Source: a virus (taxonomy: Duplodnaviria > Heunggongvirae > Uroviricota > Caudoviricetes). From it: a DNA stretch of 44,262 nt. The notes beneath the pieces are model-generated. The model had not been told where the DNA came from, searched no databases, and saw nothing but the letters and a program-made list of their open reading frames with translations. Below are positions 24,344-34,427 of this stretch, in pieces. The stretch's first letter is position 1, and each line of letters starts with the position of its first letter. The translations under genes were made by a program, and so were the position numbers. The stretch lies in the IMG/VR virus record IMGVR_UViG_3300020429_000539, positions 1 to 44,262 of that record. One strand, 5' to 3'.

Positions 24344-25357
24344 TTATGCTTTTGCAAGACTATCATAAAATACCTGAGCGGAGGTCTCCCAAGTGTAGTT
24401 TTGTTTTACAAACTCTACACATTTTTCCCTTCGGCACTCTGCCAGGCACATCAGGATTGATTGGCGCAAATCAGGTCCGATTCGGCCTATATGTTTGTCA
24501 GTAATGATATCCTTTGGCCCTGGAACTTCGTAGGCGGCTACAGGAGTTCCGCATGCCAAGGCCTCAATTATGACAAGACCAAAGGTATCAGATTTACTTG
24601 GGAAGACAAATACATCTGCGCTTGAGTAGTATGCAGCAAGTTCATCGCCTTTTTTGACGCCTACAAAATCGACTTCTCTATATTTCTTTTTCAATGATTT
24701 GCGAAGAGGCCCATCTCCGACAACGACTTTCGAGCCTTGAAACTCTATATCTAAGAACGCTTTCAGGTTCTTTTCACGAGAGACACGACCGACGTACATG
24801 AGGATAGGTCGTTTGTTATCGAGTTTCCTGTGCCTCGGATAGAAAACCTTAGTATCTACACCACGGCCCCAAACGTGAACATTTTGAAATCCACGGTTTT
24901 CGAGTTCCTGCTTTATCGAATCAGAAGGAACAAGAACACGTTCAGAAGGGGCATGAAAACCTCTCAGAACGCGATAAGAGATGCTCGTCGGCACAAGAGC
25001 TATTTTGCGGAGATATTCAGGAAATCGCGTGTGGAATGATGTTGTAAACGGAAAGCCTTGACGGAGGCAATATTTGCGGACAGCTTTACCAATCGGACCT
25101 TCTGTTGCTATATGCACGCAATCAGGTTGAAAATCTTGGAAGTGCCTGGCTATTGACTCTTCAGAAGTAAGAGCAAGCCTTATTTCTGGATAAACAGGAC
25201 ATGGAAAGTTGCGGAACTGACTCGGGTCAACTATCCGTGTTTCAAGGCCTTTATCACGCGCAAGAATATTGGTCACAGTCGATAGCGTGCGGACCACGCC
25301 GTTGACTTGAGGATACCATGCATCTGTTGCGAGTAAAAGGCGTTCCATATACTTCAT
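24344..25357 (-). CDS. GT4 glycosyltransferase (Agt-like diacylglycerol glycosyltransferase)
   Basis: TDAWYPQVNGVVRTL, HIATEGPIG, FTTSFHTRFPEY, DTFGLVIIEALACGTPV. Confidence 0.85.
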   Translation of the reverse strand: MKYMERLLLATDAWYPQVNGVVRTLSTVTNILARDKGLETRIVDPSQFRNFPCPVYPEIRLALTSEESIARHFQDFQPDCVHIATEGPIGKAVRKYCLRQGFPFTTSFHTRFPEYLRKIALVPTSISYRVLRGFHAPSERVLVPSDSIKQELENRGFQNVHVWGRGVDTKVFYPRHRKLDNKRPILMYVGRVSREKNLKAFLDIEFQGSKVVVGDGPLRKSLKKKYREVDFVGVKKGDELAAYYSSADVFVFPSKSDTFGLVIIEALACGTPVAAYEVPGPKDIITDKHIGRIGPDLRQSILMCLAECRREKCVEFVKQNYTWETSAQVFYDSLAKA

Positions 25358-25381
25358 TTACGCGGTTCACAGCGTATCCCT

Positions 25382-25732
25382 TTATCGCTTTCTGCGAGTA
25401 AGCATACAAAGCCCTGCAAGGGCTATTGCAACACCCGAAGGCGCGGGAATAAATATGGGAGCAGGATTAAAGTAGATATAGGCCCCCATATCCATATAGG
25501 TAGGTTCATGAACAACAGGTATGTATCCATTGAACTCCAAAATAGGCCAGTTCATCATATGGTCAGAGACATCGCCCTCAAGACGCAGAGTACCATAGTT
25601 TACGACGCCATGAGCATTCGTAAAGTGATTATATATTGGCTTGTTTGAGATTGATGGAAGTTCCCAACTAGAAAAACTAATATTCTCAGTTAGGGGCAAA
25701 TCCCACCTTTGATCTACTGAAGTCTGCGCCAT
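25382..25732 (-). CDS. Small protein with PEP-CTERM-like C-terminal sorting signal
   Basis: Ends IPAPSGVAIALAGLCMLTRRKR (motif-TM-basic tail); start uncertain. Confidence 0.55.
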   Translation of the reverse strand: MAQTSVDQRWDLPLTENISFSSWELPSISNKPIYNHFTNAHGVVNYGTLRLEGDVSDHMMNWPILEFNGYIPVVHEPTYMDMGAYIYFNPAPIFIPAPSGVAIALAGLCMLTRRKR

Positions 25733-26933
25733 TGTCTTTTTCCTCTTGGTTCTGTGACATCTCCTCGTGAGCAGTCCTGAAGTCCCAGGGCTTCTCATCA
25801 ATGATGTGGTTCGTGACCATGTTCGCACGTATGGCATCTACTTCAGCGAATGAATGGCCTTCGCACATCTTTACAGCTTCTTCGATATCGATGCCTTCTA
25901 GCATTTCTTTCGGCCAGGATTCAAGAAGCCTACGGATACCCTCGTTTGTTGGCTTCTTGAAATGATACACCTTGTCGATGCGACCTGGACGCCTGAATGC
26001 TTCATCCATATCGGACAGATGCTCGTTTGTCGTGAAGATACGGATAGAGTTGCCAGTTGTCTCTACGCCATCCATTGCCGCAAGGAGTGCGCAAGCCATT
26101 TTGTCATTCGATCCACCAGTTCTACGCGAAAAGAATGAGATGTCAATATCATCCAAGAAAATGATACCGTTGTCGCTGAATAGGCTTTCTAGAACATTTT
26201 CTGCATAAGCGTTCTGAATTTCGCCTGCTCTAATAGTGCGGTGATAAATATGGTTCTTGTTGCAGATGCTTTTGAGATATCTGCAAACCATGCTTTTCCC
26301 ATTGCCCGGAGGACCGCTCAGCACGATTCCTCGGCGAACGTTAACGCCGAATGAGGCAATCTTCTTCTTTTTCGTCAAGAACTCGACGCTGTTCTTGAGA
26401 ATATCTTCGAGAACGCCATCAGGAAGAACAGGCGGCTCCATCTCCGTGTTTTTAGCAATAACTCGCTTCCAATGTCGTACAAGCCTGAAGTAATCGCCTT
26501 TTCGTGTAGCTAGTATACCTTCGTATCCGCCCGATGGCGTATGAAAACAAAGCATAGCATACTTGATGGGTTGTTCAAGTCCACGGGTTTCATAAACCTG
26601 AATACCAATGCCAGCCCAGTTTAAGGGGGCATGAAGCCCTCTTCTATTGCTTATCCGAGCAAATCCGAGTTCTTCGGTTAGACCGTGCGTTGATATAATA
26701 GGGTCGCGACTCTCGGAAATTGCTACTGATTCTCGCACACAGTCTCGGATAGTATACTCTATGTCATCTACATTTGCGCCTAGTATCTCAGCAATTCTGG
26801 GCCTATTATACTGCATTGTTAGCAACATGCTTGTAGGAAGAAAGTTTTCCGAGTTTACGTTGATAACAGTTCCATCCGCCAGAACTTCTTTAGCTCCAGC
26901 AGTCTCCGCTTGCCAACCTGAACAACATGGCAT
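25686..26933 (-). CDS. AAA+ ATPase (paralog 1)
   Basis: GPPGNGKS, IIFLDDID, FTTN, AFRRPGRID. Confidence 0.88.
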   Translation of the reverse strand: MPCCSGWQAETAGAKEVLADGTVINVNSENFLPTSMLLTMQYNRPRIAEILGANVDDIEYTIRDCVRESVAISESRDPIISTHGLTEELGFARISNRRGLHAPLNWAGIGIQVYETRGLEQPIKYAMLCFHTPSGGYEGILATRKGDYFRLVRHWKRVIAKNTEMEPPVLPDGVLEDILKNSVEFLTKKKKIASFGVNVRRGIVLSGPPGNGKSMVCRYLKSICNKNHIYHRTIRAGEIQNAYAENVLESLFSDNGIIFLDDIDISFFSRRTGGSNDKMACALLAAMDGVETTGNSIRIFTTNEHLSDMDEAFRRPGRIDKVYHFKKPTNEGIRRLLESWPKEMLEGIDIEEAVKMCEGHSFAEVDAIRANMVTNHIIDEKPWDFRTAHEEMSQNQEEKDNGADFSRSKVGFAPN

Positions 26934-26934
26934 A

Positions 26935-27501
26935 TTAGGAAGCCTTTCTTGAGTATCTATTCCACACTTCAAGGTCGAGTGTGGCAATGTCCTTGCCAAC
27001 CTCATCACAATGTTCAATAAACGCTTTCTCAAGCTCTCGATATCTTTTACCTGTAGGAGTGGTTTTGGGGACATCGTGCCCAAGCTCTCCTAGGTACTTG
27101 AGAACATGAGTATCAAGACATGCGATTCTTACTTTTGGCTGCGTATGCAGGATGAAGAATCTACTTGTCTTGGGACCGACGCCGTGAATCGTCTCAAGCT
27201 CGTCGGTCGTGATTTTGGGCAAGTCAAAGTCGGCTTTGACAAGCTCTGTAAAAGCTCGGGTCAACTTATTATGCTGACCGAGCTTGGACTCTATGATCGC
27301 TTCTCGCAGTTTCTTCTTCTTGATAAGGTAACGCACCTTATCGAAAGGGGAAACCGCTTCAGGACCGTTTGCGAGAAAACGCTCAAGAGCCACTGAGATT
27401 TGACTAGCAGTTTTACCTGCTACTGCAACACAGAATAGTAAAAACTCTTCGAGTTCAGCTTTGTTGCGGTCAAATTTAGTTACGTCAGTAGGGTCAACCA
27501 T
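26935..27501 (-). CDS. Helix-hairpin-helix DNA glycosylase/lyase (Ogg-like)
   Basis: IHGVGPKTSRFF HhH with catalytic-position K; ACLDTHV; YRELE; LDLEVW. Confidence 0.75.
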   Translation of the reverse strand: MVDPTDVTKFDRNKAELEEFLLFCVAVAGKTASQISVALERFLANGPEAVSPFDKVRYLIKKKKLREAIIESKLGQHNKLTRAFTELVKADFDLPKITTDELETIHGVGPKTSRFFILHTQPKVRIACLDTHVLKYLGELGHDVPKTTPTGKRYRELEKAFIEHCDEVGKDIATLDLEVWNRYSRKAS

Positions 27502-27517
27502 CTTTGTTCCTTCCAAT

Positions 27518-27554
27518 GAAAAACAGCCTCAGCTTCGAGAGCTTTGAGACTGTT
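27518..27554 (-). terminator. Possible intrinsic terminator
   Basis: AACAGTCTCA...TGAGGCTGTT-TTT. Confidence 0.45.
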
Positions 27555-27608
27555 ATATGAGAAGAAGGTTGTTGCTAAAGATGATTGAGGACAGTATAGC
27601 TTATTTTG

Positions 27609-28850
27609 CTAGCACTTCCAACCGTTTGCAGTTCGGATCGGAGCCGGCGAGCAACCGACTTCTGCGACTTCATCAGTTTCGATTTTGGCTTCGGCGACTT
27701 CTTTCTTGAGGACTTTGCCCTCTTCAAAAAGCTCCATTGCTCTGTCGAGATTCCATGTTTCATCGCCGAACAACTTGTTCGTGACCAGCATGTCTTTGAT
27801 GGCGTTCACTTCGGCGAACGAATAGCCTTCAGTGCGCCGTGCGACCTCAGATGCATCAATTTCGGCCAGAATCTCCGGATGCCATGTATCGACAAGTTGT
27901 TTTCTCAATCCAAGGCTCGGAACCTTGAACTCGAACACGCGGTCAATACGACCAGGGCGTTTGAAAGCGCGGTCCATGTCTTCGATGCGCTCGTTAGTCG
28001 TAAAGATTCGGATGCAGTGCCCTTCCTGCATCATGCCGTCCATAGCAGAAAGCATCGCGCAGCACATTTTGCCATCGCCGGTTGTCCTGCTGCTATCGCG
28101 GTTGAAGAATGAGACATCGATGTCATCGAAGAACATAACAGTTGCAGATGCCATCAGTTCATCAAGCTCGCCTTTTTTGTAGGCGTGTTCGATGTGCGCT
28201 CCATTGACGCTATTGTATGAGATGTCGTATTCGTCGCAGAGTTCGCAGATCCAACGGCAGGTCATTGTCTTGCCGTTGCCGGGGTCTCCACTCAGGACGA
28301 TACCTCGCCTCAGCGAAACATTGTATTTCTCGATTTCGTTTGCGCGAAGCAAGAACCCCACGCTGCTGTTCAGGATGTCGTCAAGGAAACCAGGCTCCAA
28401 AATCGGAGGAGTTGGGTCGAATTCTCGCTGATTCCGTAGTCTGCGCCAGTACCGTTCCAGACGGAACAGTTTTCCTTTTTCGCAGATGATGAAATGCTCA
28501 TTCTCTTCTCCAGGGCCATCGCCTGCTGCGAATACAACATACTTGATGGGCTTCTTTAGTTGCTCATCAGTTTGTGTTTCGTACAAGCTCAGACCGACAC
28601 AGGGATGAGTAACGAAGCTTGAAGATTGCATACCTGCGCGATAGCGGATAGGAGGCATGCCCTTGACTAGTCCCTCCCACTTGATCAGTCGGTCTCGCTT
28701 GTTGCCATGCATGTGCCTGCGCATGGCATTTTCGAGAATATGCATATCTTCGATCTTGATGTTAAGCATTTCAGCAACGCGAGGCAGTTGCTTGTAAAGC
28801 TCATGCACCGAGGGCGAGCTTGCTTTCAGGTTGAAATCTTTGTTCGACAT
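27609..28850 (-). CDS. AAA+ ATPase (paralog 2)
   Basis: GDPGNGKT, MFFDDID, FTTNE, AFKRPGRID. Confidence 0.9.
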   Translation of the reverse strand: MSNKDFNLKASSPSVHELYKQLPRVAEMLNIKIEDMHILENAMRRHMHGNKRDRLIKWEGLVKGMPPIRYRAGMQSSSFVTHPCVGLSLYETQTDEQLKKPIKYVVFAAGDGPGEENEHFIICEKGKLFRLERYWRRLRNQREFDPTPPILEPGFLDDILNSSVGFLLRANEIEKYNVSLRRGIVLSGDPGNGKTMTCRWICELCDEYDISYNSVNGAHIEHAYKKGELDELMASATVMFFDDIDVSFFNRDSSRTTGDGKMCCAMLSAMDGMMQEGHCIRIFTTNERIEDMDRAFKRPGRIDRVFEFKVPSLGLRKQLVDTWHPEILAEIDASEVARRTEGYSFAEVNAIKDMLVTNKLFGDETWNLDRAMELFEEGKVLKKEVAEAKIETDEVAEVGCSPAPIRTANGWKC

Positions 28851-28880
28851 CTAGGCCAATCCTTATCTGATATGCGACTG

Positions 28881-28906
28881 ATTCTAGCCGAAAAAGGTTT
28901 CACCTG
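28881..28906 (-). promoter_or_regulatory. CAGGTGAAA-N11-TAGAAT motif
   Basis: Repeated motif right after the gyrA stop. Confidence 0.65.
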
Positions 28907-31384
28907 TTATTCATCTTCGGCATCGGCGGCGATCTTGGCGAGCTTGATGACTTCATCTCCATCGTTCAGAGTAACCACCTTGACGCCACCTGTCGTCCGT
29001 CCAGTGTTCCGAATCTCACTTGCTCCAAATCGAATAACCTGTCCAAACTTGGTCATTGCAAGCAATGATTCTCCGTTGTAAAGCGCAGCGCCTCCCACCA
29101 GTTTGCCTCCGCGCTTGGCGAGAGCGTTCTTCTTGAGAACTGCATAGCCCTTGACGGCTCGACTTCCAAGACGGCGGTATTCAGTCGCAGGAGACTTCTT
29201 TCCGTATCCCGCAGAAGTAATGACAAAGATGTCAGGTTTGTCTTTGGGCTTGAGCGTAAAGATTTGAGCAACACGGTCGCCCTCGTTGAGCTTCATTGCT
29301 CGTGAGCCTCGCGTGACTCGTCCCTGAACAGGCACCACTTCTTCTGAGTAGCGAATAGCGTTGCCTTGCTCCGTGATGATGAAGACATCTTCAGATCCAG
29401 TTGTCGGCAGCACGAAGGCTACGCTGTCATCGTCTTCCAGTTTGATTGCGTTGATACCAGCAACCTTGCGAGCCGTATCGTAATCTTCGACCTTGCTTCG
29501 CTTGATGTACCCTTTCTTCGTAATCATGACAAGGTGCCCGTTCTTTGGCACGCTTGCCATCGAGACCATATTCGTGACATCCTCCTCTTGCTTGAGGCTC
29601 AGAAGGTTCGAGACATGGGCTCCGCGAGCCGTTTTGGAGACTTGAGGAATCTCGTAGGCCTTGCGGCGGTAGACAGCGCCATGTGTCGTGAAGAACAGCA
29701 AGACATCTTTTGTAGAGGCTTCGAAGACTTCGACAGGAGCATCTTCGTTGTCTTTCTTTGCCACTCCCCGCGAGCCTTTGCCTCCGCGAGATTGAACACG
29801 ATATTCGCTGAGAGGAATACGCTTGACGTATCCTTCGCCCGAGAGCAGGACGACAACCTTTTCTTCGGCAATCAGGTCTTCATCATTAATATCGGTCGGG
29901 TCGGCTTCAATCTGAGAGCGCCGGTCATCTCCGAACTTTTCGATCAGTTCATCGAGTTCTTCAACGATGATGTCACGAGTTTTCTTTTTGTTGCCGATGA
30001 TTGTGTCGAGCCACTTCTTACGTTCCACTAGTTTCTCAAGTTCCTCCTTGAGCTTACCGGCTTCGAGCTTGGTCAGCGAACGAAGAGTCATAGACAGAAC
30101 GGCTTCTGCCTGATTTTCTGTCTTGATGATGCTCGCTGCAATCAGCTTTTCTTTAGCATCCACTGGGTCTTCGGCGTTTCGGATAATTTTGATCGCATCA
30201 TCGAGCCGTTTCGTAACAGCAATCAAGCCCTCAACAATTTCGGTACGAGCGATATTTTTACGACGCTCTGCCTCGTATTTGCGGGTAAGAACAAGTTCGC
30301 GATGCTCCACGAATGCCTTGAAGAGTTGAATGATCGAGGCGCATTCAACAACCTTACCATCAATCAATACCGTACTATTGATGCTGAACGAGTCTCTCAG
30401 GCACGTTCTCTTGATAAGCGTATTGAGGACAATCTCTGCAACAGCAGCTTGTTTGACTTCGATCCAAATACGAAGACCGTCCTTCTTAGAAGACAAGTCT
30501 TTCATATCGCTGATACCGTCAATCTCGCCCTTTTTGATCAGGTCAACAACTTGGTCAATGAATTTTGTCGGACTCGCCATATAAGGGAGTTCGGTAATGA
30601 TGATTTCTGACTTCTTCTTGCGACCTTGAGCGTTCTTGATTTCCCAGACGCCTTCAAGCTTAACAGAGCCCCTGCCCTCTCTGTAATAATCAAGGACACC
30701 GCTGCGCCCCAGGACTTTGCATCCATTGGGGAAATCGGGACCAGGCATGATGTCGAGAACTTCTTCAGGAGTCAGGTTCTCATTTGCGATGTAGGCCTTG
30801 ATTGCGTTGCATGTTTCGGACAAGTTGTGAGGCGGCATGTTCGTCGCCCAGCCAACCGCAATTCCCGCACAGCCATTGAGAAGAAGGTTTGGAGCCTTGG
30901 CAGGAAGAATTGTAGGCTCTTCCATTTCTTCGTTGTAGTTTGGCTCGTAGTCAACAACATCTTTATTGAGGTCTTGCAGGAGCAAGGCTCCCGACTTGGC
31001 GAGTTTGGCCTCCGTGTATCGCATGGCGGCGGGCGGGTCGCCGTCTCGGTTGCCGAAGTTTCCCTGCGGAGCGATAAGAGGATATCGCATGACCCAAGAC
31101 TGAGCCAAGCGAACAAGGGTTGGATAAATAACAGCTTCGCCGTGCGGATGGTAGTTACCTGAAGTATCGCCACAAATCTTGGCGCACTTCTTTGTGTTGC
31201 CACCAGGCGAGAGCTTGAGGTCATCCATCGCGACGAGGATACGGCGCTGCGAGGGCTTGAGCCCGTCGCGAGCATCGGGCAGCGCACGGTCTTCGAGCGA
31301 CATGAAGGCATATTGCGTGAACTGCTGGTCGAGCTTGTCGGCAAGTTCGCCAACAATGATTTTGTCGTTTGCTGTCTTTGTCAT
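28907..31384 (-). CDS. gyrA: DNA gyrase subunit A
   Basis: [24 protein letters not shown] catalytic Tyr, GyrA-box QSRGGKG, beta-pinwheel repeats. Confidence 0.96.
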   Translation of the reverse strand: MTKTANDKIIVGELADKLDQQFTQYAFMSLEDRALPDARDGLKPSQRRILVAMDDLKLSPGGNTKKCAKICGDTSGNYHPHGEAVIYPTLVRLAQSWVMRYPLIAPQGNFGNRDGDPPAAMRYTEAKLAKSGALLLQDLNKDVVDYEPNYNEEMEEPTILPAKAPNLLLNGCAGIAVGWATNMPPHNLSETCNAIKAYIANENLTPEEVLDIMPGPDFPNGCKVLGRSGVLDYYREGRGSVKLEGVWEIKNAQGRKKKSEIIITELPYMASPTKFIDQVVDLIKKGEIDGISDMKDLSSKKDGLRIWIEVKQAAVAEIVLNTLIKRTCLRDSFSINSTVLIDGKVVECASIIQLFKAFVEHRELVLTRKYEAERRKNIARTEIVEGLIAVTKRLDDAIKIIRNAEDPVDAKEKLIAASIIKTENQAEAVLSMTLRSLTKLEAGKLKEELEKLVERKKWLDTIIGNKKKTRDIIVEELDELIEKFGDDRRSQIEADPTDINDEDLIAEEKVVVLLSGEGYVKRIPLSEYRVQSRGGKGSRGVAKKDNEDAPVEVFEASTKDVLLFFTTHGAVYRRKAYEIPQVSKTARGAHVSNLLSLKQEEDVTNMVSMASVPKNGHLVMITKKGYIKRSKVEDYDTARKVAGINAIKLEDDDSVAFVLPTTGSEDVFIITEQGNAIRYSEEVVPVQGRVTRGSRAMKLNEGDRVAQIFTLKPKDKPDIFVITSAGYGKKSPATEYRRLGSRAVKGYAVLKKNALAKRGGKLVGGAALYNGESLLAMTKFGQVIRFGASEIRNTGRTTGGVKVVTLNDGDEVIKLAKIAADAEDE

Positions 31385-33297
31385 GCAACCACCGAGTTGA
31401 TGTTATTCTTGATATGGACCTTACGCGCCTGAACATTGCTTCCCATGAGTGTTGAGACCATTCGTTCGGCTTCGCCAAGGTCGCTGATGGACAAACGAAT
31501 CAGTCGCCGATTATCTTTGTCCATTGTGGTGTGTCCCAGTTCTTCTTCATCCATTTCGCCGAGACCCTTAAATCGGATGATGTCGGCTTTGGGACTGTCT
31601 TTCAGAATTTCTTTGAGTTCAGCGTCATTCCACGCATACTTTGTCTTCGTGCCTTTGCCAACCCTATACAGGGGAGGGCAGGCAAGGTAAAGGTGGCCTT
31701 CTACCGCAAGCTCCTTCATGTAGCGGAAGAAGAAGGTAATGAGCAGTGTGGCGATGTGGCATCCATCGTCGTCCGCGTCAGCCATGATGATGATTTTATC
31801 GTATCGCCTTTTATCGATATCAAACTCATCTTTGATACCAGTTCCTACGGCTTTGATAATCGCCTGCACTTCCTCGTTCTTGAGCAAAGATGTAATGGCG
31901 TTCTTCTCAGCGTTGATGATTTTGCCTCGAATGGGAAGGATGGCCTGAGTCTCTGAGTCTCGCCCACCTTTAGCAGAGCCAGCAGCCGATTTGCCTTCGA
32001 CAATAAAAAGCTCGGTTGACTTGCGGTCATTCGAGCGGCAGTCCCAGAGTTTATCAGGCATGCCTCCACGGTCGCCGAAGATACTCTTACGCTTGATGAG
32101 TTCAGCTTGCTTTTTGGCGGCTGCTCGTGCTTTCTGAGCAAGCTGAGCGCGACTGATGATCTTCTTGACAACGGCTGCATTCTTTTCAAAGTATTTCGTC
32201 AGTTCATCATAAACGATGGTACTCACGATACCTTCTGCTTCAACGGTTCCGAGCTTGGCCTTGGTCTGCCCCACAAATTCAGGCTGTGGAACAAGGACAC
32301 TAATGACTGCTGTCATGCCTTCTTGGATGTCATCGCCAGACAGGTTTGGGTCTTTGTCTTTCTGAATGCCAAGGCTTTTATAGAAGGCGTTGACAACACG
32401 AGTCATAGCTTTCTTAAAGCCAGTCAAGTGTGTTCCACCATCAACAGTCTTGATGTTGTTAGCAAAAGACAGCAAAATGCTGTCATCTTCTTCGCTGTAG
32501 AGCAGTGCAACTTGAACGCGGATATCGCCGTCTGCATCTTCAAGATAGATGGGCTCGGTTGGGTAGTTATTGCTACGATTTTCTGCGAGATAGTCTACAT
32601 AGTCAGCGATACCGCCATTGAACTGAAAGTTAACTTTTGTTCCAGTTTTCTCGTTGCTGTATTCAATCGTGAGTCCGCGATTCAAGAACGCTGCTTCACG
32701 AAACCTGTTGAGCAGCGTTTTTTCGTTGAACTCAACACCGTTCTTGAAAATCTCAATGTCAGGTCGAAACTCAATGCGAGTGCCTGTTGACTCGCCCCGT
32801 TTCATATCGCGTGTCTTGCTGATTTGCTGCGTGACTTCGCCACGCGAGAACTTCATCTCATGGACGCCACCGTCTCGTCTGACAGTGGCGGTCATCTCTG
32901 TTGAGAGAGCATTTACACAGCTAGCTCCAACGCCGTGCAAACCACCAGAGGCGGCGTAGCCGCTTCCACCAAACTTGCCGCCAGCATGAAGCGCAGTCAG
33001 AACCAGTTGTAGCGTGGGAATCTTTTCAGTCGGATGCATGCCAACAGGAATGCCTCGACCGTTATCCTCGATGCTGATGCCTTCGCCGTCAGCGTGGACA
33101 TTGATGCGTATATGGTCAGCATGACCGGCCATCGCTTCGTCAATTGAGTTATCAAGGATTTCCCAAACGAGATGATGAAGGCCTTGAGTGCCTGTGTCGC
33201 CAATGTACATGGCAGGACGTTTGCGCACGGCCTCAAGACCTTTGAGCGCTTGGATATCCGATTCGCTATATTGACTGTCGATTGGTTTCTTTGCCAT
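31381..33297 (-). CDS. gyrB: DNA gyrase subunit B
   Basis: EAVRKRPAMYIG, EILDNSIDE, DNGRGIP, GGLHGVG, Toprim VEGKSA and DADDDG, RFKGLGEM. Confidence 0.96.
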   Translation of the reverse strand: MAKKPIDSQYSESDIQALKGLEAVRKRPAMYIGDTGTQGLHHLVWEILDNSIDEAMAGHADHIRINVHADGEGISIEDNGRGIPVGMHPTEKIPTLQLVLTALHAGGKFGGSGYAASGGLHGVGASCVNALSTEMTATVRRDGGVHEMKFSRGEVTQQISKTRDMKRGESTGTRIEFRPDIEIFKNGVEFNEKTLLNRFREAAFLNRGLTIEYSNEKTGTKVNFQFNGGIADYVDYLAENRSNNYPTEPIYLEDADGDIRVQVALLYSEEDDSILLSFANNIKTVDGGTHLTGFKKAMTRVVNAFYKSLGIQKDKDPNLSGDDIQEGMTAVISVLVPQPEFVGQTKAKLGTVEAEGIVSTIVYDELTKYFEKNAAVVKKIISRAQLAQKARAAAKKQAELIKRKSIFGDRGGMPDKLWDCRSNDRKSTELFIVEGKSAAGSAKGGRDSETQAILPIRGKIINAEKNAITSLLKNEEVQAIIKAVGTGIKDEFDIDKRRYDKIIIMADADDDGCHIATLLITFFFRYMKELAVEGHLYLACPPLYRVGKGTKTKYAWNDAELKEILKDSPKADIIRFKGLGEMDEEELGHTTMDKDNRRLIRLSISDLGEAERMVSTLMGSNVQARKVHIKNNINSVVA

Positions 33298-33304
33298 TGT
33301 CTAT

Positions 33305-33331
33305 AGTATATCGACTCGATTCGTTCACTTG
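33305..33331 (-). promoter_or_regulatory. Motif variant CAAGTGAAC-N12-TATACT, leaderless gyrB
   Basis: -10 ends 7 nt before the gyrB ATG; no SD. Confidence 0.55.
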
Positions 33332-33375
33332 TTGGAAGATGCACCATCGCTTTTCAACGATGATGCATCGAGTGA

Positions 33376-33942
33376 TTAGTTGCGGTCAAGCCAATCAGAC
33401 AGGTCAGACATCATCGCATCAATCTGCGCGAGAGGAATGATGAGAGGCCTGACATCTTCGGGAGACTTGGCAGGAATGCGTGCCTGTCGATACGCTTCCT
33501 CAATGGCGTGGCTGCGAACAACCACGGTTTTGTCATGGTTCCGACCCGTAGACTTCTGTCGCGTGTAAGTGCCCCACGATGCTTTGACTTCTTCAGGCTC
33601 ATAGCCCATGGGGATTTCGTAGGCATATGCCGTACCTTTGTCGGTCTTAAGCCATGTCGAATGCATGGTTCGTTCGTTGCTGTAAGACCTAATTCCCTGC
33701 GAAGGAACAAGCTCGTTGAAGACGGGCAAGACCTGCGGCTCGTTGCCCTTGCGGTTACGGTCCATCTTGCGAGCCCAGCGGAACCATGCCTTTGCTCGGC
33801 TCTGAGAGGCGTGATACGCCTTGTAGAGCATTTTGAGCTTGAGGAAGGTTTCGTAGTTACAGGGATGGTAGCCCCAGTTCGAACGGTAGGTCTCAAGGCC
33901 CTGGTCGTTGATTTCAATAACGTTCTGATCTTTGGTTGCCAT
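33376..33942 (-). CDS. Hypothetical protein
   Basis: AAGGAG SD overlapping the stop of the upstream Pth2-like gene. Confidence 0.75.
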   Translation of the reverse strand: MATKDQNVIEINDQGLETYRSNWGYHPCNYETFLKLKMLYKAYHASQSRAKAWFRWARKMDRNRKGNEPQVLPVFNELVPSQGIRSYSNERTMHSTWLKTDKGTAYAYEIPMGYEPEEVKASWGTYTRQKSTGRNHDKTVVVRSHAIEEAYRQARIPAKSPEDVRPLIIPLAQIDAMMSDLSDWLDRN

Positions 33943-33955
33943 AGCTTTATTCTCC

Positions 33956-34330
33956 TTATGCATTAGGCGCACTGACAGCAGCCGCTCCCATGAGCGGATA
34001 GCCAATAAACAAACGTCGTTGCTCGCCACACACGGGCTTACAAGCGATCGCAGTCAACTCATTGTTGAGGTCTGGTTCTCTGAACGCACGAAAAGAAATA
34101 CCGGCGCGTTCGAGCTTCTCGGCAGTTCGTTGCAAACTGCGCTCGCCGCCAACGTTCAGAATAATCAGGTGGGGATGCTCATTTGCCTACGGGTCGTAGA
34201 AGGCAGAGCTAGCCTCAATCAAAGCGTGTCCTGACTGGACCGCTTGTTGCGCGGCCGTCAGGTCTCGCCGCACGAAGACATAAAGGTAAGGGGTGGTCTC
34301 ATCAAACTGCTGGTTCTACGTGAATCCCAT
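33956..34330 (-). CDS. Pth2-like peptidyl-tRNA hydrolase with two in-frame TAG codons (readthrough candidate)
   Basis: TAAGGAG SD; MGFT*NQQFDETTPYLYVFVRRDLTAAQQAVQSGHALIEASSAFYDP*ANEHPHLIILNV...FREPDLNNELTAIACKP; TAGs at 34316-34318 and 34187-34189; ends TAA. Confidence 0.7.
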
Positions 34331-34360
34331 CGTGTGTCTCCTTATGAAAGGGGTTCGAGT

Positions 34361-34390
34361 ATTCAAGCAGCCCCACAAGCCGCCTGTCAA
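34361..34390 (-). promoter_or_regulatory. sigma70-like promoter TTGACA-N18-(TGn)TTGAAT
   Basis: Perfect -35 and an extended -10-like element upstream of the Pth2-like gene. Confidence 0.5.
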
Positions 34391-34427
34391 GTCTTCATCG
34401 GACATTTTCTGCTTGAACTTGCTGAGT

